A stretch of DNA of 57,336 nucleotides, filler included, from an uncultured Clostridia bacterium (lineage in GTDB: Bacteria > Aerophobota > Aerophobia > Aerophobales > B3-G15), in assembly GCA_964482715.1 (NCBI GenBank). It is 8 parts of 8 records of this genome, joined end to end, with 100 filler letters (N's around TTAATTAATTAA, not from the genome) between each part and the next. Parts side by side here need not be neighbours in the genome. Positions count along the whole stretch, not along the records: positions 1 to 10,003 come from CAYZYX010000046.1; 7 more parts are not named here. One strand, given 5' to 3'. The position numbers and the translations under genes are program-made. A model generated the notes under the pieces. That model was given only the letters and a program-made list of their open reading frames with translations, made no database searches and was not told the origin of the DNA. Shown piece after piece: positions 1 to 10,103 of the stretch; the first letter of the stretch is position 1; each line of letters opens with the position of its first letter.

Positions 1-70
1 GGGAAACGGGATTCGAACCCGCGACCCTCAGCTTGGGAAGCTGATGCTCTACCACCTGAGCTATTCCCGC
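1..70 (-). tRNA. tRNA-Gly (CCC), 3' end cut by window edge
   Basis: Reverse complement GCGGGAATAGCTCAGGTGGTAGAGCA-TCAGC-TTCCCAA-GCTGA-GGGTCGCGGGTTCGAATCCCG; anticodon CCC, T-loop TTCGAAT. Confidence 0.95.
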
Positions 71-91
71 CCTTTAGGTAAGTCACATTTT

Positions 92-119
92 ATTATAAAA
101 ATTTGTTTTCAACTGACAA
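92..119 (-). promoter_or_regulatory. sigma70-type promoter of tRNA-Gly
   Basis: TTGTCA-16 nt-TATAAT on minus strand, 21 nt upstream of the tRNA. Confidence 0.6.
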
Positions 120-141
120 GGGGATAAGTTAAAAGAAAAGC

Positions 142-996
142 TCAGGACAGAATTTGAGTTCCAATTCCCCTATCAGTAAATATTTCCAGAAGAAGAGAAC
201 GGGGTATTTTTCCACTGATGATGTGAACTTTTCTTACCCCCATTTCCAGTGCTTTTTTGCAAGCTTTAACCTTAGGGATCATTCCTTTTTGAATTTTTCC
301 TTCCTTAAGCATGACTTCGATTTCTCCTAAGGATAGGGTTGAAATGAGAGTTTCTGGATCAGATGGATTTTGCATTATTCCTTCCACGTCAGTCAAGAAT
401 ATTAACTTCTCAGCGCGTAGAGCACCGGCAACCTCGGCTGCTACAACATCGGCATTTATATTGAGAGTTTCGCCCTCACTGCCTGTCCCTACGGGAGCTA
501 TTACTGGAATGAAACCTTCTTTTTCCAGAACCTCTATAAGTTGAGGGTTTATCTTTTCAACCTCTCCTACAAGCCCCAGTTTTTTTTCTACAGATCTTTT
601 TGCCAGAATTAGCTGTCCGTCTTTTCCTTCTAAGCCAACAGCTTTTCCTCCATATTGATTTACTAAAGCCACGATTTCTTTGTTTATTTTGCCAGCAAGA
701 ACCATCTCTACAATCTCCATCGTAGCCTGATCAGTAACTCTGTTTCCCTCTACAAATTTTGGTTTTATGTCTAACTTTTGCATCATTCGGGAAATAGCTT
801 CTCCTCCTCCATGAACCACCACCGGTTTTATTCCAACATAACGCATAAGAACAATGTCTTCAACAATTCCTTTTTTTATTTCCTCCTGATCCATAGTCCT
901 TCCACCAAATTTTATCACCACCGTTTTCCCAAAAAATTGACGGATGTATGGGAGAGCCTCAATAAGAACCTGTGCCCTTTTTATTGCTTTTTCCAT
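142..996 (-). CDS. argB: acetylglutamate kinase
   Basis: EALPYI..F.GKTVVIKFGG, VVVHGGG, NINAD, GMIPKV, LLLEIFTDRGIGT. Confidence 0.97.
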   Translation of the reverse strand: MEKAIKRAQVLIEALPYIRQFFGKTVVIKFGGRTMDQEEIKKGIVEDIVLMRYVGIKPVVVHGGGEAISRMMQKLDIKPKFVEGNRVTDQATMEIVEMVLAGKINKEIVALVNQYGGKAVGLEGKDGQLILAKRSVEKKLGLVGEVEKINPQLIEVLEKEGFIPVIAPVGTGSEGETLNINADVVAAEVAGALRAEKLIFLTDVEGIMQNPSDPETLISTLSLGEIEVMLKEGKIQKGMIPKVKACKKALEMGVRKVHIISGKIPRSLLLEIFTDRGIGTQILS

Positions 997-1265
997 TTTG
1001 TCACCCTCTGGTATTTGTACTTTTTAAACCTCTTTACAAAAAATTAAATTGGTTAAGTTGCCCTTTTATTTTATTCTCCTTTCTTTATTTTTCAACTTTT
1101 ATATTTAGTTTTTTGCCGGATGAGAACATGTCAAAGTGATGGGTTTTCTTTTTACCAACGCGGGAGTATCTTCTGATTCATACTTTCTACCTCACAGCCA
1201 GGAGTTGCGTGAACTTCTGAAAGAGAGATGGCCTTGCCTTTTCCAAATAATAATTTGTAGACAAA

Positions 1266-2102
1266 CTACTGTTTGACAGCTCCAGCAGATAGCCCTGTTA
1301 CTAAATGACGTTGAAGCAAAAGAAAGAAAATGACGGTAGGGATAGTGGCAACAACCGAAGCTGACATTACAACTCCCCAGTCAGTAGTGTATTGTCCAAG
1401 AAAGTTAGCTATCCCTACAGGAACAGTCTTTTTTTCAGTTTGTGTCATCAGGGTGAGAGCAAATATGAACTCATTCCAGGTTACCGCAAATGTATAGGCA
1501 AAAGTTGCCACCAACCCTGGCCAGGCCACAGGCAAGATTACCAAAAACATGGTTTTCGTAGCCGAACATCCATCCACAAGAGCTGCTTCATCTAAAGCCC
1601 TGGGAATGGTTTCAAAATATCCAACCAGCATGTAAATTGAAAAAGGAACGGTGATGGCAATATATACAACAATAAGACCTATATAAGAGTTTACTAAATG
1701 TAAAAACCAGAATATCATAAAAACAGGTGTTACAAGAATTACCCAGGGAAACATCTGGGTGAAGCCAATCAAAGCCATTATAGAAGTTCTTCCTGAAAAG
1801 CGATAACGGGAAATAGCGTAAGCAGCAGGGGCAGCCACAAGACCCACACAGATAAAAGTTGCCGTTGAGCAAACCAATATGCTGTTGAAGATGAAACGGA
1901 GAAACCCGGCTTCAAATATTCGGAAGTAATTATTAAGGGTGAATTGGCTTCCAATTAATTTCAGTTCCCTGCTTAAAAGTTCCATGGGAGTTTTTACAGA
2001 GCTTATGATCATCCAGAAAAAAGGAAAGAGTATGATTCCTATTAGAAAAAAGGTTAAAACAATTATAGATAAATCACGGATCTTTTGGATAAAGGGTCTC
2101 AT
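1266..2102 (-). CDS. carbohydrate ABC transporter permease (MalG-like)
   Basis: TM helices, EAA loop LDEAALVDG, WNEFIFALTL, C-terminal GLSAGAVK. Confidence 0.93.
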   Translation of the reverse strand: MRPFIQKIRDLSIIVLTFFLIGIILFPFFWMIISSVKTPMELLSRELKLIGSQFTLNNYFRIFEAGFLRFIFNSILVCSTATFICVGLVAAPAAYAISRYRFSGRTSIMALIGFTQMFPWVILVTPVFMIFWFLHLVNSYIGLIVVYIAITVPFSIYMLVGYFETIPRALDEAALVDGCSATKTMFLVILPVAWPGLVATFAYTFAVTWNEFIFALTLMTQTEKKTVPVGIANFLGQYTTDWGVVMSASVVATIPTVIFFLLLQRHLVTGLSAGAVKQ

Positions 2103-3041
2103 TTATGTCCCGCTTATACTTCTTTTGAAGAAGGTTTTAAAATAAGCTATGGCAAAAATCATCATTATTACAGTCATTATAACTCCAAAAGTGGCTCCAT
2201 AGCCTATTTCGTAATTGACAAAACTTTCAAAATATACTTTTGTCCCGAGTACATGGGTGAAATTTCCCGGCCCACCACGTGTGGTAAGCCAGACATAGAC
2301 AAAATTATTGAATGTCCAGATAGTAATCATGAAGGTGATGATAGTTATTACAGGTCTGAGAAGGGGTAAAGTTATATGAATAAGTTCATGTCTCCAGCTG
2401 GCTCCATCAATTCTTGCTACTTCGTATAGTTCCGGTGGAATGGACTGGAGTCCGGCAAGAAAGGTAACAACGGTAAAAGGCAGCTCTCTCCAGACAATTA
2501 TCAAGATAATAGAAAGCCACACAAAGGAAGTATCGGTCAAAAATGATATAGGCTGGCGGATAAGTCCTAATCTTTGAAAGATAAGATTAACAGCCCCATA
2601 TCTACTATGAAGCATCCATTTCCAGATAGTCACCGCAACAACAGGTGGTACTCCCCAGGGGGCAAATATCAAAATACGCGCTGGCCCAGCCAGATGCCAT
2701 TTTTTTAAGGGATACGAGTTTAAAAGCAATGCCAGGATAAAACCAAGAATCAGTCTTAATCCAACTGTAGCCAGCGTAAGCCACAACGCGGTGTTTTTTA
2801 AAGCATTGTAAAATTCAGAATCCTTTGCTAACTTTATAAAATTAGCCAGGCCAACAAATTTTCCTCCACCTCCAGCAGTTTGGAAAAGACTGATTTTATG
2901 GAGGCTGAGCTGTATGTTGTATATAGAAGGGATAAAGAAGAAAAAGATGAGGAGGGCCAGGGCGGGTAAGATAAAACTAAATCCACGAATCGTAATTTTG
3001 CTAAATGTGCCTCTACTTTTCTTTATTTTTACCTCACCCAC
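2103..3041 (-). CDS. carbohydrate ABC transporter permease (MalF-like)
   Basis: FVGLANF, LAGLQSIPPELYEVARIDGAS, LTTRGGP. Confidence 0.93.
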   Translation of the reverse strand: MGEVKIKKSRGTFSKITIRGFSFILPALALLIFFFFIPSIYNIQLSLHKISLFQTAGGGGKFVGLANFIKLAKDSEFYNALKNTALWLTLATVGLRLILGFILALLLNSYPLKKWHLAGPARILIFAPWGVPPVVAVTIWKWMLHSRYGAVNLIFQRLGLIRQPISFLTDTSFVWLSIILIIVWRELPFTVVTFLAGLQSIPPELYEVARIDGASWRHELIHITLPLLRPVITIITFMITIWTFNNFVYVWLTTRGGPGNFTHVLGTKVYFESFVNYEIGYGATFGVIMTVIMMIFAIAYFKTFFKRSISGT

Positions 3042-3060
3042 CTATGGCCCTTTATCTACT

Positions 3061-4383
3061 CTAAGATTCTTTAAGAGCTTCCTCCAGTGCTTTCCTGATC
3101 TTGGATATAAGCTCTTTACTGGCTTCTTCAATGGATTTTTGGCCGGAATAAACCGCTGCAAATTCCCTGTTAGTTAAAGCCCACATAGTCTGGACTCTCA
3201 CAGGTGAGATGATATAGGTGTAAAAAGTCTGAGCTTGAGGGATAAGCTTTACGTAACCTTCGTATTCGGGTCCATATTTAATCTTTTTTAATAGAGTTTT
3301 CTGGGCAGAAAACTGTTGTCTGTAGTATGTTTCAAATACATATTCTGAACACATCCATTTTAACAGATCCCAGGCTTCTTTTATGTGCTTGGTATTTTTA
3401 TTTATAGCCAGAGTCCGTCCACCTAAGTGGGTTCGTCTGGTTACTCTTCCTGCGGGAACCTGTGCAGAGAATAAAGGTGCCTCTGGGTTAGCATTCATCG
3501 CTGCTCGGAATGATGCAGGAGGCATAAATCCCATAGCGAAGTCGCCCTTGGCGAGTCCATATATTAGTTCAGGATCACCCCAGGAATCCACAGCAATTAG
3601 TGAACGCGGAGTTATACCTTCTTCAAAGAAACTGTTAAAATAACGCATCGTTTCCGCTATAGCCCCCGCATCTACACCGATTTGCCACCCCCCTTCTGAA
3701 CTTTGTTTTATGAATGTGTATCCGTTACTCCATATAAAGTAATTCACCAGGAACCACATCCCACCAGTTGATCCGCTTCCAGCAGGAAAGGCAAAGCCGT
3801 ACTGATCAATTACTCCATCTCCATCACGATCCTTGGTCAACTTACCAGCTACTTCTTTGAAATGTTCCCAGGAGTCATCAGGAAAAGGGGCAATACCTGC
3901 TTCTTCAAAGAAATCCTTTCGGTATATCATGGCAAAGGTATCTGTTGTCCAGGGAATACCATAAATTCCCTCATCCAGTATACCTAATTCTACAGCTACA
4001 AAATCTTCTATACCATAGGGGAGTGGATATTGCTTAATGAGAGGGTTTAATTTTACTAATGTTCCAGCTTTGGCCAGATCACGTGTCCAGACAAAGGCAA
4101 GTTGCAAGACATCAGGTCCAGTTCCAACTCCCGCTTCCCGAATGAATTGATTGAGGGCGTCTGACCAGGGAACTGATTCGTACTTTACTTTGATGTTAGG
4201 GTGGTTACGGTCAAATTCTGCTACAGCCTGAGGTAAACCTGCAGCATCAGCAGGAGGATCATTTTGTCGGAAAATGAGGGTAATTTTTTCTTGTGTTAAT
4301 CCCACACCACCAACCAAAAGAGCCAACATCAAAACAAAAAGAAAAAACGCTATTTTTTGCCTCAACTTACCTCCTATCTTCAT
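3061..4383 (-). CDS. sugar ABC transporter substrate-binding protein
   Basis: Signal peptide, HPNIKV, GPDV, YRKDFFEEAG, DGDGVIDQYGF; upstream of two permeases. Confidence 0.92.
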   Translation of the reverse strand: MKIGGKLRQKIAFFLFVLMLALLVGGVGLTQEKITLIFRQNDPPADAAGLPQAVAEFDRNHPNIKVKYESVPWSDALNQFIREAGVGTGPDVLQLAFVWTRDLAKAGTLVKLNPLIKQYPLPYGIEDFVAVELGILDEGIYGIPWTTDTFAMIYRKDFFEEAGIAPFPDDSWEHFKEVAGKLTKDRDGDGVIDQYGFAFPAGSGSTGGMWFLVNYFIWSNGYTFIKQSSEGGWQIGVDAGAIAETMRYFNSFFEEGITPRSLIAVDSWGDPELIYGLAKGDFAMGFMPPASFRAAMNANPEAPLFSAQVPAGRVTRRTHLGGRTLAINKNTKHIKEAWDLLKWMCSEYVFETYYRQQFSAQKTLLKKIKYGPEYEGYVKLIPQAQTFYTYIISPVRVQTMWALTNREFAAVYSGQKSIEEASKELISKIRKALEEALKES

Positions 4384-4477
4384 TATTAACCTCCTTTAAC
4401 TTATAGGGATTATTTTTTATCACCTCCCTCCTTTAAAATTACCCGGTTTGCAAGAATATTTCTACAGGTGTTCCTTT

Positions 4478-5407
4478 TTATAAAACGAGTTGAGTTACTC
4501 TTAACTCAAAAGATCCATCTTTTCTTGCAGCCTCATAATAAAAAAGAATTTTATTGTTTAAAACAACATAATCTACATACCGAACAGTGGAAAATTTTTT
4601 TCCTGTTGAAGAAAATAACAAAGGTTCTGTAATTGTCAAATCCAGGATATTTTTCAAATTAAGGGTAAAGCCAATGCCAATATTTAGATTAAAATGAGGC
4701 TCATACCAGCCCGTGGATGAACCTTCGTACAGACACAGGAATCCTTTTGCAACAGGCATGAGGCAGCTCATCCGGGTGTGATAATCATGCCAGTGACTTC
4801 TTGATAAAACTCTCCCCATTCGTATCCATCTTGTCCCATCCTGGGAGATAGCAAGATAGACCTCTTCTTGAGGTTCAGGACCTGATCCTGAATAAAACAT
4901 AAACCAGGTATTTAAAAAATTAAAGATGTAAGGGTCCTTTACTTTCCTGCTATCTTTATTCTGAATGGATGGACTAAAGACAATTTTTGCTGTTGAGGGG
5001 TCAAAGTTTTCAGGAGAGTGAGTGTCTTCTAACTTGTAGATGTACCATTTTCCCTCTTTTTCTGCAGAAAGATAGAGCCTGTATTTTCCGGTAAAGGGAT
5101 CTTGCAAAAGGGAAGGTCTTTCTAAGGAAATGATTCCATCAAAGTCATCTTTAGATAGATTTTTCAAAACCTGGAATCTAAATCCATCAGTAGAGACGGC
5201 GATACAGACTTTGTGTCCTCTTTTTTCCGGATTTCTCAGTCTGTAGGCAAGCCAGATTTTACCTTCTTTATCCCTTAAAGAGGAGCATCCTCCCGCCCAG
5301 AAACCTTCATCTTCACCTTCTGGACTGGCGATTACCTGATAGTCCTTTAAGTTGGGAACAGAAAGAAAAGAAAAAATCTTGCTCTCTCTTAAGTCACATG
5401 TTACCAC
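4478..5407 (-). CDS. five-bladed beta-propeller glycoside hydrolase-like protein (GH43/32/130-type fold)
   Basis: WAGG, S.DG repeats, SLERP, VKDPY; inside the sugar locus. Confidence 0.65.
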   Translation of the reverse strand: MVTCDLRESKIFSFLSVPNLKDYQVIASPEGEDEGFWAGGCSSLRDKEGKIWLAYRLRNPEKRGHKVCIAVSTDGFRFQVLKNLSKDDFDGIISLERPSLLQDPFTGKYRLYLSAEKEGKWYIYKLEDTHSPENFDPSTAKIVFSPSIQNKDSRKVKDPYIFNFLNTWFMFYSGSGPEPQEEVYLAISQDGTRWIRMGRVLSRSHWHDYHTRMSCLMPVAKGFLCLYEGSSTGWYEPHFNLNIGIGFTLNLKNILDLTITEPLLFSSTGKKFSTVRYVDYVVLNNKILFYYEAARKDGSFELRVTQLVL

Positions 5408-6810
5408 CTTATTCCTCCATAAACCTTGTATTTAGGCCAGTTTTGAACGTAATCAGGGATAGAACCTCCTGCATCCTGAAGAGCAAGACCATGTAATTTT
5501 TCACAGATATCCCTCTTTCCAGGGGCGATGTTTGATTCAAATTCGGGGTCATCCGCGAGGTGAAAAAGGAGTTCTTCAGATCTATCCAATCTTCCTACAT
5601 ACCAGAAATCTTGAGTTTTGACCATTACGTTGTTTTGCCAGCCCACGGTGACATGATCTCTTTTTGTCTTTTTTTTACCCTCTATTACAGGAATAAGATC
5701 TATTCCTTCCATTTCTTCAGGGACTTTTATCCCCAGGAACGATAGGATCGTTGGGGCAAGATCAAAATTGTAGACAAAATCATTAATCTTCTTTCCGGCA
5801 TATTTTCCTTCCGGGTCCTTTATAAAAAGGACAAGATCTGCAACTTCAGGTAAGATAGGGTAGGGAAATTTGCCAACAAGGTTTTTCTCTCCCACATGAT
5901 GACCATGATCTGATATAACTATCAATAACGTATTTTTGGCCAAATTCATATAATCAAGAGAATCTAAAAAATACCCCAGCCATCTGTCAACCATGGTCAC
6001 CTCACCTGCATAGTTTGCCCTTAACCTCTTTATTTGCCTTTGATTTAGGAGGGACGCAGAAGAATAGGTGGGCCAGATTATATCTTTTTTCATATCATCA
6101 TCTGGATCATAGATTTTTCTATAATAGGTGGGTGGGTCCCAGGGTTCATGAGGATCAAAACAGTCAATAGTCAGAAAGAATTTATCTACATCTTGATTCT
6201 GGTAGAGCCATTTAACTGCCTCCCTGAAGACTTTTGGGGCAAAGTAATCCTCTTCACTTTCTCTTTTAGCTGTGTTCTTAAAATACCTCTCATGCATGTA
6301 GACTCTGACTTTGTTTCGGGTAACTGTATCTTCGCCTCCTTCTCCGGAAAGTTCTACGTAATAGTCCTGTATTTTTCTAACTCCTGGGAGAAAGCCACTT
6401 ATCCAGGCATCATCTTCCTGACCTCTGATGAAGGTGAATTGATCAAATCCTCGATGAAAATTTTTGCCAGGTTTGAATTGATGATAAGCATCAGTTATCA
6501 GGGCTGTTCTGTAGCCTTCTTGCTGAAGGATTTCAGGTAGTGTTATCCACTCTTCCGGCACAGGACCCCATCCAGGCTGAACAACTCGGTCACCTTTTTT
6601 CATTAAATTTTCTCGAAATGGAAAAAGCCTTCTTCCAGAATAAAGGGCAACTCTTACCTGTAGGGTAGGCAAAGATTCAGGATAGGCATTGTTAAAAATA
6701 CAACCCTGTTTTGCCAGTCTGTCAAGATTTGGGGTTCTTATCCATTTATTTCCGTATGCACCAACATAGTTTTTCTGAAGACTATCAATGATAATCAGCA
6801 CTACATTCAT
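5401..6810 (-). CDS. sulfatase-like alkaline-phosphatase-superfamily hydrolase with Thr at the nucleophile position
   Basis: NVVLIIIDSL, TPNLD.LA, SLPTLQVR.ALYSGR, FDPHEPW, SDHG, D..PTIL. Confidence 0.88.
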   Translation of the reverse strand: MNVVLIIIDSLQKNYVGAYGNKWIRTPNLDRLAKQGCIFNNAYPESLPTLQVRVALYSGRRLFPFRENLMKKGDRVVQPGWGPVPEEWITLPEILQQEGYRTALITDAYHQFKPGKNFHRGFDQFTFIRGQEDDAWISGFLPGVRKIQDYYVELSGEGGEDTVTRNKVRVYMHERYFKNTAKRESEEDYFAPKVFREAVKWLYQNQDVDKFFLTIDCFDPHEPWDPPTYYRKIYDPDDDMKKDIIWPTYSSASLLNQRQIKRLRANYAGEVTMVDRWLGYFLDSLDYMNLAKNTLLIVISDHGHHVGEKNLVGKFPYPILPEVADLVLFIKDPEGKYAGKKINDFVYNFDLAPTILSFLGIKVPEEMEGIDLIPVIEGKKKTKRDHVTVGWQNNVMVKTQDFWYVGRLDRSEELLFHLADDPEFESNIAPGKRDICEKLHGLALQDAGGSIPDYVQNWPKYKVYGGIRW

Positions 6811-6846
6811 TTTAACCTCCTGAAAAAAGAAATCATCCGGTCAATT

Positions 6847-8049
6847 TCACTCAAATCTTCCATACTTGATCCCCGATTCGATAAACTGGATGTAATTATC
6901 CCTCATTCTGGAAGATACTGGAGATACAGGTCCTTCAGTGGTAGCCAGGATAAATTTTTCTTTTCCACCGGATAATATAGCCTCTTTTACTTTTTTATCA
7001 ATCTCCTCAGGGGTACAGGTTTCCATATCCCCAAACTGGATATTTCCCACAAGAGTTATTTTACCTTTAACTTTTTTCTTGGCCTCTCCTATTTCAATAT
7101 CTCCACTCGGGGGAGCTTCTACAGGATCAAGAAGGTCTACCCCCATTTCTACGAGCTTATCCAAAATGCCCTTTACCCTCCCATGACAGTGTACTGCTAC
7201 CAGACCACCGTGACTGTGTACTAAATCAAAAAGCTTTCTGTCATATTTTACCACAAATTCATCGTAAAGTTCTGGAGACATCATGGGAGGAGTTGCCTGT
7301 TCTGAACCTCCAAAATGAAATACAGGTCCTGCTCCCTTTTGAAGAAGATACTTAAGTTGCTTGTATATTCTCTCAAAGGCAGTTTCAATTAGACGAGTAA
7401 TGGTATTTTTTTCCGTTATACACCACATTAGAAATTTCTCAAATTGAAAAAGTTGAGATACACACACCATAGGAGTACTTACAAAAATATACATTAAACC
7501 TCCTGCCTTTTCTATTTTGTCTTTATATTTGAAAAAATCCTCAACATCTGGTTCTGAGAACGTATAGGGAACAGAAAGTATCTTGTCTACATCTTTTTTA
7601 TCTTCAATTAATGGTTTTCGATCCCAGACTGTGGAGATATTTTTTCTTTTTTCACAGATGTACTCTAATTTGCCTTTAGGGGTTTTAACCTGGTATGTTA
7701 TCAAAAAAGAGGAGTTTTTTTCTTCAATTTTAGCTACTTTTATAAATTCTCTTGGAATAAGGAGGAACCTTCTATCAAGTTCAGGAAAGCCATAAGTCCA
7801 TACCTTTTCACACTTCTCTTCAGCTAATCTAACAATTTCAAGATAATTGAGGTCTTGGGTTATCCATTCATCAAAAGCTGGAACATTATCCATCAAAAGA
7901 TAGGCAACCTGAAGACCTACAGGGATTCCACAGGGATTAATTATCCTTCCTGTGACACAGGGTGCATAAATAGGGACTCTATCAACTTTTTCACCTTTTA
8001 CTGTTTTTAGGATTCTTTCTCGGGATGTCATGATCTCAGTCATTTTCAT
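6847..8049 (-). CDS. uroporphyrinogen decarboxylase-like / MtaA-CmuA family protein
   Basis: MTSRER..DRVP, TPKG.L, PPMMSP..YDEFV, HCHG, DPVEAPP.GD, GNI. Confidence 0.82.
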   Translation of the reverse strand: MKMTEIMTSRERILKTVKGEKVDRVPIYAPCVTGRIINPCGIPVGLQVAYLLMDNVPAFDEWITQDLNYLEIVRLAEEKCEKVWTYGFPELDRRFLLIPREFIKVAKIEEKNSSFLITYQVKTPKGKLEYICEKRKNISTVWDRKPLIEDKKDVDKILSVPYTFSEPDVEDFFKYKDKIEKAGGLMYIFVSTPMVCVSQLFQFEKFLMWCITEKNTITRLIETAFERIYKQLKYLLQKGAGPVFHFGGSEQATPPMMSPELYDEFVVKYDRKLFDLVHSHGGLVAVHCHGRVKGILDKLVEMGVDLLDPVEAPPSGDIEIGEAKKKVKGKITLVGNIQFGDMETCTPEEIDKKVKEAILSGGKEKFILATTEGPVSPVSSRMRDNYIQFIESGIKYGRFE

Positions 8050-9667
8050 CTCCTTTTACTTTTATCCACACCGGGCTTGACCAGGCCATCTGACCATTTA
8101 GCTGAAAAACACGGATATATAAGTAGTTAAAGCCGGCACCAAGATGAGATATCTCGAAAAATCCTTCTGCTTTAAGCTCGCTTGAAATGACGGCTCTATG
8201 TAATTTAATCTTTGGGGCATTAAAATAATATACCTCATCATTAATAATTTTGTCCTGTCTAATTCCAAACTCACTTTCAATTAGCTTACTCGTTTTGTCC
8301 TCTAAGGCAATTACTTCACTTTTGTATAATAGATCCCGAAGTTTTTTACTAAAATCGTATCCTTCTCCTGAAAATTTAAGCACTGTCTCGCTTGTCCCCT
8401 TTACAGTGAATATAATACTCTCTTTGATCTCTGACTCCCTGTCTCCATTTCTATAAGGAAGTCTTATTTGCCAGTTTGCCAGGTTACCTGATGTCTTTAG
8501 CCTTTGGCCACGTCTTCCAAAACACCCAAGAGCAGAGAGAAGTTCTCCTTTTTTAACCTCCAGGCAACCGTCCCATATGGTTGTTCCATCAGAAAAACCA
8601 TAATGCTTTGCGGGACCCCATCCAAAATCAATTCTAATATTGCAAACTACTTCTCCAATCAGGGCCTCTTCTCTTTGAGTATCAGCGTAATAATGGCAAG
8701 CCACTCGTCTGCCGTTATGAATAAGTTCAACACGATCAAGTTTATCGAGACATGAGACCTTATATCTAACAATAAGTGGACGAACATTGGTATTTAACAC
8801 TCCTCCCATAAAAGTGTCATTTACCCAGAACATGAGTTCAATCCTGTCTCCTGTAACAGCGTATGTCCTTCGATGTTGAAATGCGTCCCATAAACCTTCC
8901 CTGGTAAACGAAGTCACCCAAACTCCAGCAAGTCCCTTGTTCCAGCTTCCTGGAAGACCCCATCCATCATTACTTGCTATGGCGCCAACGCGTAATCCCT
9001 TATTAAGAGCCAGTTGCCAAGATCCTTTAGAACACCCGGGACCCATTGAATAGTTATTATTGAGAAACATTGGGAAGGAATCTACCTCTGAGGCACCATG
9101 GGAACTGTAGATTTCTGCTACAGGACTCAGCTTGCTATCCCAAATATTCCAGTCTTTGCCTCTTCTTCTTATCTTATATGCTGTATGATGTGGAATCACT
9201 AATACCCTTTTTCCTTTTAGCTTTTTGTAAAGGATTGGAAGTTCAGATTCATCCTCAAAGGGAAGATCTATGTCGAAAAAAATTATATTGTGATCACCGT
9301 ATTTTTTTCTATTTCCGTGCCATTCGTAGCCTAAGAGTGTCACAAATTCTTCTTCTTTGTTATGTTCTTTAGCAGCTTGACGCAACTTTGCTTCCCACCT
9401 CTTTATTTCTTGTGCTGGAGCAACAGACTCTACCAACAGACATCCATCCTTATTGACTTCGGAAAAGACACTATGTAAATTTACCGGGTGTCCCAGCCAC
9501 CGTATCTTCCCTGAGCGGCTTTGGAGATACCAGACAAAAGGATAGCAGAGGAAAGCATAAAAATCGAGATTTTTCTTGGCATCTTCTGCTAATTCATCGA
9601 GCCTATCCATATCATTCACATGAACATGCTTGTGAAGATCTCCCCAGACAAGCCTTAATTTTTCCAT
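8036..9667 (-). CDS. DUF3604-like PHP-fold metallohydrolase
   Basis: WGDLHKH, LGYEW..GDHN, IPHH, EIYSSHG, RRTYAVTGDRI, NGQMAWSSPVW. Confidence 0.75.
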   Translation of the reverse strand: MEKLRLVWGDLHKHVHVNDMDRLDELAEDAKKNLDFYAFLCYPFVWYLQSRSGKIRWLGHPVNLHSVFSEVNKDGCLLVESVAPAQEIKRWEAKLRQAAKEHNKEEEFVTLLGYEWHGNRKKYGDHNIIFFDIDLPFEDESELPILYKKLKGKRVLVIPHHTAYKIRRRGKDWNIWDSKLSPVAEIYSSHGASEVDSFPMFLNNNYSMGPGCSKGSWQLALNKGLRVGAIASNDGWGLPGSWNKGLAGVWVTSFTREGLWDAFQHRRTYAVTGDRIELMFWVNDTFMGGVLNTNVRPLIVRYKVSCLDKLDRVELIHNGRRVACHYYADTQREEALIGEVVCNIRIDFGWGPAKHYGFSDGTTIWDGCLEVKKGELLSALGCFGRRGQRLKTSGNLANWQIRLPYRNGDRESEIKESIIFTVKGTSETVLKFSGEGYDFSKKLRDLLYKSEVIALEDKTSKLIESEFGIRQDKIINDEVYYFNAPKIKLHRAVISSELKAEGFFEISHLGAGFNYLYIRVFQLNGQMAWSSPVWIKVKGDEND

Positions 9668-9768
9668 GTTTTTTATGGGTCACAATTTTAAGTATTTATT
9701 TCTGAGTTACTCGGGTTTAAGCTACAACTATATTGTTTGGCAATCTTTTTACCACAAAAGAGCCTATG

Positions 9769-10003
9769 TTATTTTTCCACTTGTATTGAGACTCCCTGTA
9801 AGAAATATTTTTGGAGAAAGAAAAAGATCACGGTCATAGGTAAAATAGTTATAATGGTAACAGCCAGTACCAGTTCAGGACGATAATACCAGGCACTCTT
9901 AAATTGCTGCAGGGCAAGTGCAACCGTTTGCATCTCCTCTGATCTTACAACTATCAAGGGCCAAAGTAAATTGTTATAAAACGCAGTAAAGGCAAGAATG
10001 AAA
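9769..10003 (-). CDS. carbohydrate ABC permease, C-terminal part (contig-truncated)
   Basis: YNNLLWPLIV, FFFLQKYFLQGV; runs into the linker. Confidence 0.85.
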
Positions 10004-10103
10004 NNNNNNNNNNNNNNNNNNNNNNNNNNNNNNNNNNNNNNNNNNNNTTAATTAATTAANNNNNNNNNNNNNNNNNNNNNNNNNNNNNNNNNNNNNNNNN
10101 NNN
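10004..10103. other. artificial contig linker
   Basis: N44-TTAATTAATTAA-N44, giving stops in all six frames. Confidence 0.98.

Noticed and set aside
311-9372. Numerous short antisense ORFs in the track (here and throughout the window)
   Set aside because: They are shadows of well-supported genes on the opposite strand.
10004-10103. Recurring TTAATTAATTAA flanked by N (seven times) as a biological repeat
   Set aside because: Fixed 100-nt six-frame-stop linker added when contigs were concatenated; ORFs ending in XXXLIN are artefacts.
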